A stretch of 23,787 nt of DNA from an uncultured virus (IMG/VR IMGVR_UViG_3300025849_000024) (IMGVR_UViG_3300025849_000024); one strand, 5' to 3'. Positions 1-8,402 are shown, numbered from the stretch's first letter. Made by a program: numbers and translations. Notes: a model not told the origin generated them from the letters alone.

Positions 1-1
1 T

Positions 2-946
2 GTCTGTATTAGCTGCAGCAGATTTTTGTAGTTTATTAAACTCCTGCCCAAATCTATAGTCAGCTGCTACACGATCCGTCTCCCCTACTTGTGCTTCTCC
101 TACGGTAGCCCATTCATATAGATCACCAGTCATTTCTGCAAAGTCTAATATGCTAGAAGATAAACTAGAAAAAGTATCACTAAACGCATCAACAGAAGAA
201 GAAATGCCTCCTTTACGTGCTACTCTAGCTCCATAAGGATTTAATAACGCTCCTTGTAAATCATAAAAGTTTTTTTCATCAAGCTCAGTTTCTTGGAGTA
301 CCCATTCTTCTGTCTCTTTGTCAAAGACTGGATAAAAACCATTTTGTTTGTAGGTCCCATCTTGTAGGTATCTTTGCGCTCCATGAAAAAATAAGACTTG
401 ATTATCTTTTTCTCTTGTTTTTTGTATTCCTTCTTCGGAAGATATATCACCCCAAGCAAAAGCATCCCAGTCAAGTTTATCTCCTGGTTTTGTTTTGGTT
501 TGATCTGCATAAAAGCTATCTGTTAAACCTCTAGTACGTCTTAATAACTTACCATCAGTATCAACACCCATAAGTTTGTCATACCAAGAAGCATTATCAA
601 ACTCACCATTCTCATAATCTCCATCTCTGAAGTCTTCAAACTCTCCATCAATATTTTTTACTTTACCTATACGTGCTAATTCTAGACCAATTTGTTGTAG
701 TTGAGTGTTAACATCATCTCCTCCTTGTCTATTGTTATAAGTAGTTGAATCTACATCTCCTATATTCCAAGACGACGGTGCATATTCTAAAGGTATCTCT
801 TCATTAAAAATTGTATTATTATTAAAGTCTTGAACATCTGAGTCAGAACGTATAACACCCTCTAAGTCAATAGGTTGTAGATTAACAGGTTGTTCCTGCG
901 GATCCGTAACTTGTCCACCGCCTTGATACTTTTTAGTTCCTTTCAT
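2..946 (-). CDS. N-terminal part (315 codons, runs off window) of a probable large virion cargo/ejection protein
   Basis: Not in the ORF track. Manual translation from ATG at 946 (MKGTKKYQGGGQVTDPQEQPVNLQPIDLEG...KLQKSAAANTD) is stop-free to the window edge; ATG lies 2 nt after the stop of the 624-aa ORF. Product inferred from position: crAss-like phages encode giant ejected proteins, including the virion RNA polymerase, here. No catalytic motif visible in this fragment. Confidence 0.75.
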   Translation of the reverse strand, partial: MKGTKKYQGGGQVTDPQEQPVNLQPIDLEGVIRSDSDVQDFNNNTIFNEEIPLEYAPSSWNIGDVDSTTYNNRQGGDDVNTQLQQIGLELARIGKVKNIDGEFEDFRDGDYENGEFDNASWYDKLMGVDTDGKLLRRTRGLTDSFYADQTKTKPGDKLDWDAFAWGDISSEEGIQKTREKDNQVLFFHGAQRYLQDGTYKQNGFYPVFDKETEEWVLQETELDEKNFYDLQGALLNPYGARVARKGGISSSVDAFSDTFSSLSSSILDFAEMTGDLYEWATVGEAQVGETDRVAADYRFGQEFNKLQKSAAANTD

Positions 947-948
947 AA

Positions 949-2823
949 TTAATTCATCGGATTACTTGCCTGTGACGCATCCTCTTTAGTAGCTTGTTCA
1001 AACGAAGTTGCTTCGAATACTAAAGGCATAAGTCTTTGATCATATTGCTGTACTTGTGCTTTTTCTGCGCCTGTTAATTTTTCACCTCTTCTGACTTTTT
1101 TATAGACTTTATTCATTACATCTTGTGCGTTAGCTTTCAGTATAAGCATCTCTTGTGTTGTAGGATTATACTGACTTAATCTTTGTAAAGATACTTCTAA
1201 ATTTCTACCGTTGTTATTTTCCATACCAGTAGAGTCTAGTTGTAAACTACTCCATCCCAAGTCTTCACCAAAACCTGCTTTAGATGCAATGTCTGGAGAA
1301 ACATCAGAATAAATTTGTTCTCCTGTTGCTGCTCCTTCATCATCAACTATATCATAAACGCTTTGTGATTTACTTTCTACAAAAATAGGCTCTCCATCTT
1401 TTATAATATAGCTAGCAGTTCCTTCGATATCATTACCTTTAGAATCCTGACCATAATTTAATACAAGTTTTTGAGGAGTAAAGTTTTCTACATCTCCCCA
1501 TCTACCGCCACCAAAACCAATTACTCCAGATATTTTACCTTCATACGGCATCTCATCTTTAAATTCGTTTTGTCTTGCTACGTTATATTTAAGATCTAAT
1601 CCTTTATCTGCAAATGCTTTGTTTATAATATCAGCATTATAACCAGGGTTGTGCCCTACTACAAAAGGAGTTACTACCAGTTCACCAGTAGACATTGTAT
1701 TAAAAGTATCTGCATAACTAGCTGACTTTAATCTTTTACCGCTTTTTCTATCATTACCTAATACTACAATATTACCATCAAACTTACGCTGTCTTGCTTC
1801 AGTATCACGGTAAGTAGGATTAGTAGCGGATTTTTGTACATTAACACTAAAAGTATCATTATTAAGAAGGTCCGGATCTAATTTTTGAATCATACCTGAT
1901 CCGCCAGCTCTCCACTGTGTAGTATTATTTGTAGGTGCAGCTGCTTTTCTTTTAGCCGCTATTCTTGCATTAAATAAAGCACGATTAGGATTTCTATCTT
2001 TTTGGTTGTATACAAATCTTTCTCCTACTGCCGCAAACTCTTGTTTACGTTGCGCATCATAGGCAGCTTCATCAAAAGGAACTCCAGTATACTGTGCTTG
2101 CGCTCTTTTGTTTTGTAGATCTTGTTGGTATGCATCTGTTTGTTTTAGACCTTGAAAACCTTCTTCTACTACTTGTTGCACTCTTTGATTACTTACACCT
2201 GTATTAGTTGTAATATTCATAAAGTCATCAATGTATGTAGACTTGTTTGCTTTTAGATCCTCAAAGAATGTTTGCATAGTAGGGTCCATATCGACACCTT
2301 TGCCTATGTAATAATCGTAATCATTAAGAGTTGATTTACCATCAGCGCCTATACCTGCTGTAGTAAATCCTTCTGGTTTAAAATATTGTGGGTTTAAACC
2401 TCTTCGCATATCTTCTTTATATGCAGCTTCTCCCTCATCAAACTTTTGCTTGTTCTGCATAGCTTTGTAAAGCCATTCATTATTACCTACATCTTTTGCT
2501 AACCCTCTTACAAAATTATCACCGGTTTCGTATGCACCGTCTGTATCTTGTGTGAACTGATCAACCTTATCACGTAAGCTTTGTATGTATTGTTGTTTTT
2601 TAACGTCGTCACCAGCCATAACTTCAGCAGAAGCTAGCGCAGATTCATACTTATCTTGCAGATCTCTGTTTCTGATGTACTCAGAATTAAGGTCTGTCAT
2701 TGCTGTTTGCATAGCATCGATAGGTATATCCGCGTAGACTTTACCTAGTTGTGCTAGGTTCTGATCTCCAAATGGATTACGTCTTTCTCTTCGACCTCTA
2801 TAGTATTCTCTTTGATATCCCAT
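949..2823 (-). CDS. Putative virion cargo/ejection protein (624 aa)
   Basis: Long ORF, helical Q/K/D-rich N-terminal half, co-oriented and coupled with neighbours; function from synteny downstream of the muzzle gene. Confidence 0.55.
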   Translation of the reverse strand: MGYQREYYRGRRERRNPFGDQNLAQLGKVYADIPIDAMQTAMTDLNSEYIRNRDLQDKYESALASAEVMAGDDVKKQQYIQSLRDKVDQFTQDTDGAYETGDNFVRGLAKDVGNNEWLYKAMQNKQKFDEGEAAYKEDMRRGLNPQYFKPEGFTTAGIGADGKSTLNDYDYYIGKGVDMDPTMQTFFEDLKANKSTYIDDFMNITTNTGVSNQRVQQVVEEGFQGLKQTDAYQQDLQNKRAQAQYTGVPFDEAAYDAQRKQEFAAVGERFVYNQKDRNPNRALFNARIAAKRKAAAPTNNTTQWRAGGSGMIQKLDPDLLNNDTFSVNVQKSATNPTYRDTEARQRKFDGNIVVLGNDRKSGKRLKSASYADTFNTMSTGELVVTPFVVGHNPGYNADIINKAFADKGLDLKYNVARQNEFKDEMPYEGKISGVIGFGGGRWGDVENFTPQKLVLNYGQDSKGNDIEGTASYIIKDGEPIFVESKSQSVYDIVDDEGAATGEQIYSDVSPDIASKAGFGEDLGWSSLQLDSTGMENNNGRNLEVSLQRLSQYNPTTQEMLILKANAQDVMNKVYKKVRRGEKLTGAEKAQVQQYDQRLMPLVFEATSFEQATKEDASQASNPMN

Positions 2824-2830
2824 AGTGTTA

Positions 2831-4549
2831 TTATATTAAGCCTAGAAGTTTTAATAGCTCTGTGTTTTGTCCGTTGTCTTGGTATTGTCTATCCATGACT
2901 CCGTATTTATTCCATGAAGGTTTTAACGCTTCTAGTGCTGCTTCTTGGCTTCTTTGATTTGTACGCTGCGTCATCAGATTCATTGCGTCTTTAGTTATTG
3001 CACTTGCAAAATCTGCTTTAGCGTTTCGTTTCTGATTGTTAAAATCTAGCAATGCATTTTCATTATCAAAGATAGTGTTATTATTTAATTGATTTGCTTT
3101 TGCATTAGCCATTGTTTGCATGTTCTGCAATTGTGATTCCCTGTTAAATTTATCAGCGTATAGTTGATTAAAGTTTCTTTGATTACCTGAAGCTAATCCT
3201 GCAAGGTTGTTTCTTACATTGTTTCTTTTAGTAGAATTAGCATTTAATCCTCTAGAAAGTAATGCAGTTTGTTCTTCTGCTGCATTTATCTGAGGAGCAA
3301 TATTATATTGTGTGTTTAAATATACCGGGTCTTCTAAATTCTTAGGAGCAGGAGCTTGCATGTCACTTATAGCACGTGCATGCGCTAAGTATTCTTGTAT
3401 TTTAGAAATTCCTGCTAGTTGCTTAGGTAAATTTTTGCCTAACCCTTTTAATTTCTCTCCAAATTTACCACTTCCTTCATTTTCAATAGGTCCTTCATTA
3501 GGTATTGAAGCTGTTGGCATTGGTGCAAGATCAAGCATATCTGCTGTAGGTTCCATGTTAGGTATTGAAATGCCTGCAGGTGTAGGCTTAAACATTCCTT
3601 GTTGTCTTAGTGCTGTAAGAGTATCAATACCAAATTTACCATCTACTCCCGCATTGTTTATAGATCTAGATCCGCCAGCGTTTAATATGTCTCCTTCTTG
3701 TCCAGAAAACAAAGAAGCATCATCACCGGATTTATTAAGCATAGCGGTTTGTAATGCTTTTACATGCTCAGGATTAGTAGCGCTAAAATCTTCTATACCA
3801 GTTATAGCCCTTGCTTTTGCCATTTGATCTTCAAAGTCTGCAGCTTTTACACCGTTATATAAACCATTACTTGTCGGCGAAGGATCAGCAAGAGTACCAT
3901 CCTCATTTAATGGTCTACCCAAATAATCTGCATCTGGGTCTGGCTTAACGTAAGGTTGTCCGTTTACCGCAACAGTTTTATTAGTGTTTAAATCTATTTC
4001 ATAATTATTACCTGAAAAGGTCATATTAGTTGTAGCATCATCAGGCATAACTATTGTACCCTTACTAACTGCATCTAAACCACCAATGCTTTTAAAAAAT
4101 GCATAAGTCTTTCCATCCATAACTCTTTCTGAAAAAGTATAAACTCCGTCTTTTTCAGTAACTCCTTCTGGTAAAGTTTGACCTTCTGTTTGACCTCCTG
4201 CTTGCATGTAACCCATAGCATTTCTTACTCCTTTTGGTAATTTAGGTAACCCTTTATTACTGTCAGGAATAGAAGCTAATCCCCCATAAGCATAACCATT
4301 AGCGGTTCGTGTTCCTATACTGAGGTTTGGAGAATCAGGTGCTTGTTTCTTTTGATCCATTACATTTGCTGCTTCTTGGTTTTCCATTACAAGAGAGTTC
4401 ATGTTATCTGACACCCGTCTTAGCATACGTGTAGCTGAGTTTTTTTCAGCTTCAGTTACAGCTGTTTGTAACTGTTTATCATATTTATTATACGATTGTG
4501 TAAGCTTTTCTGCTATTTGTGCGTATGTAAGTTTGTTTGATTTTGCCAT
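2831..4549 (-). CDS. Putative cargo/ejection protein with peptidoglycan-binding-like segment (572 aa)
   Basis: N-terminal helical segment TYAQIAEKL..., HVKALQ...VDGKFGIDTLTAL (PG_binding_1-like), N/Q/A-rich coiled-coil C-terminus typical of podovirus ejection proteins. Confidence 0.6.
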   Translation of the reverse strand: MAKSNKLTYAQIAEKLTQSYNKYDKQLQTAVTEAEKNSATRMLRRVSDNMNSLVMENQEAANVMDQKKQAPDSPNLSIGTRTANGYAYGGLASIPDSNKGLPKLPKGVRNAMGYMQAGGQTEGQTLPEGVTEKDGVYTFSERVMDGKTYAFFKSIGGLDAVSKGTIVMPDDATTNMTFSGNNYEIDLNTNKTVAVNGQPYVKPDPDADYLGRPLNEDGTLADPSPTSNGLYNGVKAADFEDQMAKARAITGIEDFSATNPEHVKALQTAMLNKSGDDASLFSGQEGDILNAGGSRSINNAGVDGKFGIDTLTALRQQGMFKPTPAGISIPNMEPTADMLDLAPMPTASIPNEGPIENEGSGKFGEKLKGLGKNLPKQLAGISKIQEYLAHARAISDMQAPAPKNLEDPVYLNTQYNIAPQINAAEEQTALLSRGLNANSTKRNNVRNNLAGLASGNQRNFNQLYADKFNRESQLQNMQTMANAKANQLNNNTIFDNENALLDFNNQKRNAKADFASAITKDAMNLMTQRTNQRSQEAALEALKPSWNKYGVMDRQYQDNGQNTELLKLLGLI

Positions 4550-4551
4550 GA

Positions 4552-6696
4552 TTAAATGTCTTTTAAATAATTTGTAGCGTCTGTTTTAAGTCTGTCAGAA
4601 AATACAAACCCAGAGTTAAGTACTTGATTAGTTTGTGTTGCAAACTCTGTATTACCTCCTGCTACTCCAATACCTCCTGATTTTGCATCATGTGTATCGC
4701 CTGTAAATTTAAACATATTTTCTCCAACTTTAGTTGCTTTTCCGTGTTGATCTGTTTTAGGTGGATTTCCGTTAGGTGCCATCATTAGCTCTCCCCCTTC
4801 TACAGTATAGTCTGCTTGCTCTGTAGGAATATGTCCTCCGTATTTTGCGTAGTAACCTGCATTGTCTACACCATCTTGTGGGTATTGAGCCATAATAGCA
4901 GCTGACTTAACTGCATCGTTTGCTCTACCCGCAGATATTTTAGAGTCTATACCTGCTTCTTTTATTTTTCTTTCTTGCTCTAGTTGTTTTTTTCTTTGAC
5001 TTTTTCCTAAAAAGAATCCTCCAACTCCTCCTATCAAAGCTCCTACTCCTGCTCCTATGGGACCAAAAGCCATTCCCATAGATGCTCCCTGTCCTGCCAT
5101 ACCAAGTGCGGATGTTACACCTGCGTCAGTAGCGCTCATTTTTCCATCTCCCATAGAAATGTTAGTAGCTATTCCTGATGCCATAGTTCCTATTTGATCC
5201 CAGGGTACTGCAGGTCCGCCTGCTCCTTGTGTTGCTGCTGCAGTTTGATTAGCTGTGTTAGGATCTACAGGTCCTCCAACAAAATATTTAGGTGGTGTTT
5301 TACCTCCATTACCGTAAGTTATATTAACCTCTGCTCCCTCACCAGGTCCACTTCCTTTATACTCTGCAAGCTTTCTAAGTTTTTGGTATGTAGTAAGATC
5401 AGGATTTTCTTCTAGCTCTTTTTTAAAAGCTTCCATCCCTCCTTCTTTAGCATTGTTAAAGTTATATCTATCTGTATAAGTGTACGTCCCGTCTTCGTTC
5501 TTTTTAAATCCTATTTGCCCAAACGTAGTTTTCGCTGAGTAACTAGGATCTAGTAAACGTGCCGCTAGTTTTGCAGTAGTGTCGTTTTTATCTCCTCCTA
5601 CATCTCCGTATTGACTATCAGTATCATAGTCTCCGTACTCTATAAAGTTTTTACCTGCTTCTTCTGCTTTTTCTCTTGCACCTTGTAGTGCGTCCTTTTC
5701 TGCTTGACTTAAATGTCTTTCATTAATCTCGCTATCATTACCCATTAAATCATTAGCAAACGCTCTTACGTTTAGTGGTATCATATTTTGTATAGATTGA
5801 GGAATTAAAAAATCCTCTGGATCCATTTCACTAATTTTATTTATTAAACCTGCGCTTAGTTTTGACATTCCGGGAATTAGACCTGCAGTTGTTGATACCA
5901 TTCCTCCTGATTGCATTTGAGTCATTTGTGGTCCTACGGGTTCTTCTGATGCAGGCATAAAGTTTTGTGCATAGAAAGGATCATTTCCTGTTGGACCTGG
6001 AAAGTTTTGGTTTGGTTGTGCTGCTGCTACTGGAAAGAAACTTGCAGGATTTAAATTAGCCGCTGCGTTTGATATCATATCAGGAGCATGCTTTACTCCC
6101 ATTTTTGCCGTTAGCTTTGCAGTAGTTTTATCTAGTCCAGGCATTATTTTACTTGCAGTATTTTTATATGCATGCATTGCGTCATCCCCATATTGTGCTA
6201 CAGCATTACCTATATCATCTAAATAAGGAGTTATTCCAGAAGCAGCTTTTTGAATTCCTTTACCAATTGTACCTGCGTAAGGTATAGCCTGTAAAGCACC
6301 GTATGCTGTTTTTCCTACGTCTCCTTTTTGAATTCCTTGAGTTACTTTAGAAACAGCTCCCGGTAAGTTAATTAAATCAATAGGTAAATCAAATGCTTCT
6401 CTATCTACAACACCTGCGTCTATAGCTCCGCCTATTCCGTTTGTCCATTCTCCTCCCGTTTGATATAGGTTTTTAGCAATGGTAAAAGGATTTTGTGCAA
6501 AAGCGTGTACCTTAGTCATAAAAGAATCCTCTTCTGACGCTCTCATTGTATCTGGCGGTCTTGTAGTTTTATATTGAGCTGCCTTAGCAAGATACTCAGG
6601 AGAACTAAAATACGCTTGTGCTTCAGGTGTCAGTGTTGGTTTTACTGGTCCTCCTGCTTGATACTTAGGTGCCTTATATGAATAAACTTTCTTCAT
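4552..6696 (-). CDS. Putative crAss-like cargo protein with glycine-zipper membrane segment (714 aa)
   Basis: LGMAGQGASMGMAFGPIGAGVGALIGGVGGFFLG hydrophobic Gly-zipper followed by basic coiled coil; C-terminal VEGGE...H...GG...FVFSDRL motif recalled from crAss-like cargo proteins. Confidence 0.6.
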   Translation of the reverse strand: MKKVYSYKAPKYQAGGPVKPTLTPEAQAYFSSPEYLAKAAQYKTTRPPDTMRASEEDSFMTKVHAFAQNPFTIAKNLYQTGGEWTNGIGGAIDAGVVDREAFDLPIDLINLPGAVSKVTQGIQKGDVGKTAYGALQAIPYAGTIGKGIQKAASGITPYLDDIGNAVAQYGDDAMHAYKNTASKIMPGLDKTTAKLTAKMGVKHAPDMISNAAANLNPASFFPVAAAQPNQNFPGPTGNDPFYAQNFMPASEEPVGPQMTQMQSGGMVSTTAGLIPGMSKLSAGLINKISEMDPEDFLIPQSIQNMIPLNVRAFANDLMGNDSEINERHLSQAEKDALQGAREKAEEAGKNFIEYGDYDTDSQYGDVGGDKNDTTAKLAARLLDPSYSAKTTFGQIGFKKNEDGTYTYTDRYNFNNAKEGGMEAFKKELEENPDLTTYQKLRKLAEYKGSGPGEGAEVNITYGNGGKTPPKYFVGGPVDPNTANQTAAATQGAGGPAVPWDQIGTMASGIATNISMGDGKMSATDAGVTSALGMAGQGASMGMAFGPIGAGVGALIGGVGGFFLGKSQRKKQLEQERKIKEAGIDSKISAGRANDAVKSAAIMAQYPQDGVDNAGYYAKYGGHIPTEQADYTVEGGELMMAPNGNPPKTDQHGKATKVGENMFKFTGDTHDAKSGGIGVAGGNTEFATQTNQVLNSGFVFSDRLKTDATNYLKDI

Positions 6697-7151
6697 TATT
6701 TTTTTATTGAATTGTATTTTTCAAAACCACGACTACCAAAATAGGCAACATAAATTGTAACTAATAAAGTTTTTAATAACTCTACCCAACTCTCATCGAT
6801 ATTAAAAGCAATGTCTAAACTATCTAGTATAATATATAAAGACATCATTACAGTTAAGTATATCAATGTCATTGGTCTTGTGTTTTTACTAAGCCAAGAG
6901 TCTGATTTCATATCAGATTCCCAACGTTTAGAAACTTCTTGCATTTCTACTATGTCCTGTTCTAAAAGCTTTAAAGCTGTTTCTTTATCTTGAACAGGCA
7001 TTACGTCATCTTTATCAATAAGATTCTTTACAACGCCTAAGACACCACTGTCTGGTAACAAATCACCAACAATGTCTGCGATCTTAGATCCACTACCGAG
7101 TAAGAACTTTCCTACTTTAGTATCTTTAAATTTCTTTTTTGGTTTGCTCAT
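6696..7151 (-). CDS. Holin, 3TM (GTA_holin_3TM-like)
   Basis: RWESDMKSDSWLSKNTRP followed by hydrophobic helices and terminal YFGSRGFEK, the signature of this holin family. Confidence 0.8.
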   Translation of the reverse strand: MSKPKKKFKDTKVGKFLLGSGSKIADIVGDLLPDSGVLGVVKNLIDKDDVMPVQDKETALKLLEQDIVEMQEVSKRWESDMKSDSWLSKNTRPMTLIYLTVMMSLYIILDSLDIAFNIDESWVELLKTLLVTIYVAYFGSRGFEKYNSIKK

Positions 7152-7160
7152 AAGTTCTAA

Positions 7161-7262
7161 TCATTTCTTTTTCTTAGAAGTTGTCTTTTTTTTAGTAATT
7201 TTTTTCTTTTTCTTAGGAGGTCTTCCTACTTTAGATCCGTATGTTCCTTTACCGTATGGCAT
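7161..7262 (-). CDS. Lys-rich micro-protein (33 aa) with GRP AT-hook-like core
   Basis: Manual translation MPYGKGTYGSKVGRPPKKKKKITKKKTTSKKKK*; below ORF-track cutoff; fills the gap in the operon. Confidence 0.7.
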   Translation of the reverse strand: MPYGKGTYGSKVGRPPKKKKKITKKKTTSKKKK

Positions 7263-7281
7263 AGTTAATATATTTAAGGTG

Positions 7282-7413
7282 TTATTTTTTTACGCATTTG
7301 TTTACCATCTTAGCTCTACCGCTCTTGGTTTTTTTACCACTAGGTGATTTCTTTTTACCAACCGCTTTATAACCTTTCCAGCAACTGGGTCCTTTTTTTC
7401 TTTTTTTTGCCAT
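7282..7413 (-). CDS. Lys-rich micro-protein (43 aa) with CWKGY...NKCV motif
   Basis: Manual translation MAKKRKKGPSCWKGYKAVGKKKSPSGKKTKSGRAKMVNKCVKK*; below ORF-track cutoff; co-oriented, 10 nt after upstream stop. Confidence 0.7.
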   Translation of the reverse strand: MAKKRKKGPSCWKGYKAVGKKKSPSGKKTKSGRAKMVNKCVKK

Positions 7414-7423
7414 CTTTATAGGT

Positions 7424-7597
7424 TTAAGAGCCGCAGCCTATACAATCTATGCTTGAATCTGTAGGCTTTACTCCATTTAATTTCATTTCTATATTATGGA
7501 TCTCATCAGCTATAGTCATTTGTTCCATGAAATCTGTAGTGTTAGTCTTTTTTTCTTTTAACACCTCTAATTTTTTTAGCATTTCCTGTTTACTCAT
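7424..7597 (-). CDS. Small helical protein ending in CxxCGS (57 aa)
   Basis: MSKQEMLKK...SSIDCIGCGS*. Start at ATG 7597 preferred over 7612 because it gives a short coupled overlap with the upstream stop. Confidence 0.65.
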   Translation of the reverse strand: MSKQEMLKKLEVLKEKKTNTTDFMEQMTIADEIHNIEMKLNGVKPTDSSIDCIGCGS

Positions 7598-7778
7598 GGT
7601 ATCCCCATTCATATATAAAAGTTATAAAACCTATTCTTAATGAAGCCGTGCTCCAATCTTCTTGCTCGGTAGGAGGGTAAAAATCATAAGCAAACCCAAA
7701 GCCTTCATGAGGCATTTTTAAGTTTAACACAAAAGACCACCAAGAGCCGTCTCCATTATCATTTCTTTTTCCTGCCAT
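7590..7778 (-). CDS. Hypothetical protein (62 aa), aromatic-rich, beta-strand-like
   Basis: ORF track; TAATG overlap with upstream gene supports translation. Confidence 0.6.
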   Translation of the reverse strand: MAGKRNDNGDGSWWSFVLNLKMPHEGFGFAYDFYPPTEQEDWSTASLRIGFITFIYEWGYHE

Positions 7779-8029
7779 TACTTTTTCTTTTTTGGTCTGC
7801 CTCTTCTTTTTTTACCGGCTACTGCAGGTCCAACATCTGATAGTTGTTTACCAACTTCTTTAACAGCTACACCAACATCTTTAAGTTCTTTTTTAACAGT
7901 TTTAGCTCTGCTTTTAACTTCTTTAGCAACCTCAATTGCTTTTTCGTCAACAGTAGTAAGACTCCACAGTTTAATCCATAAAGATTTAAACCATTTTTTT
8001 ATTTTTTTAAAAATACATTCTAAACACAT
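7778..8029 (-). CDS. Basic amphipathic protein with C-terminal AT-hook-like motif (83 aa)
   Basis: Trp/Lys amphipathic N-terminus, helical middle, C-terminal KKRRGRPKKKK. Confidence 0.65.
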   Translation of the reverse strand: MCLECIFKKIKKWFKSLWIKLWSLTTVDEKAIEVAKEVKSRAKTVKKELKDVGVAVKEVGKQLSDVGPAVAGKKRRGRPKKKK

Positions 8030-8039
8030 AGTATTGTTA

Positions 8040-8396
8040 TTATTTAAGTTTTGCTTTATTTACTTCTGCCTGTATTTCTTTATAGCCAATAGTTGGGACC
8101 ATTGAAAGACCTGCTTGGTATTTGTAAACAATTTTACCATCAATAGTAATAAAAACAGCAGGGACAGATTTAATTTTTTCTTTAAAAACATCAGGTTGAT
8201 CTTCAAGATATCCGTAAACGTATTTACAGCCTCTTAAACCGGAAAGGTTTTTTATTGTGTTTCTTTCATTCCATTCAGAGTTTATTTGATAAACTACTAT
8301 TTTACTTACAGAGCCATCTATAGTAGGACTGTAACGTGTGGAAGTTGAATTAAAGGGAATAAAAAATAATAAGATTAAGGTTAAGGAATTTTTCAT
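8040..8396 (-). CDS. Exported thioredoxin-like fold protein lacking CxxC (118 aa)
   Basis: Signal-peptide-like N-terminus; IVVYQINSEWN in place of the VVxFxAxWCxxC strand; KIKSVPAVFITIDGKIVYKY matches the thioredoxin cis-Pro/beta-hairpin pattern. Confidence 0.55.
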   Translation of the reverse strand: MKNSLTLILLFFIPFNSTSTRYSPTIDGSVSKIVVYQINSEWNERNTIKNLSGLRGCKYVYGYLEDQPDVFKEKIKSVPAVFITIDGKIVYKYQAGLSMVPTIGYKEIQAEVNKAKLK

Positions 8397-8402
8397 AGGT
8401 CA

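Noticed and set aside
241..510. 89-aa minus-strand ORF in the track
   Set aside because: Out-of-frame shadow inside the longer stop-free ORF 2-946, which has a coupled start.
3312..3827. 171-aa plus-strand ORF and the other plus-strand ORFs (5194, 6811, 7072, 7449, 10177-17070 set, 21847, 22589)
   Set aside because: All antisense to long coherent minus-strand genes, mostly non-ATG starts, with Ser/Leu/Phe-rich shadow composition.
4545..4556. Programmed frameshift joining ORFs at TAA-NN-ATG junctions (4550, 9766)
   Set aside because: No slippery heptamer seen, and the same TAA-NN-ATG spacing occurs at 947-948 between apparently ordinary genes, so translational coupling is the simpler reading.
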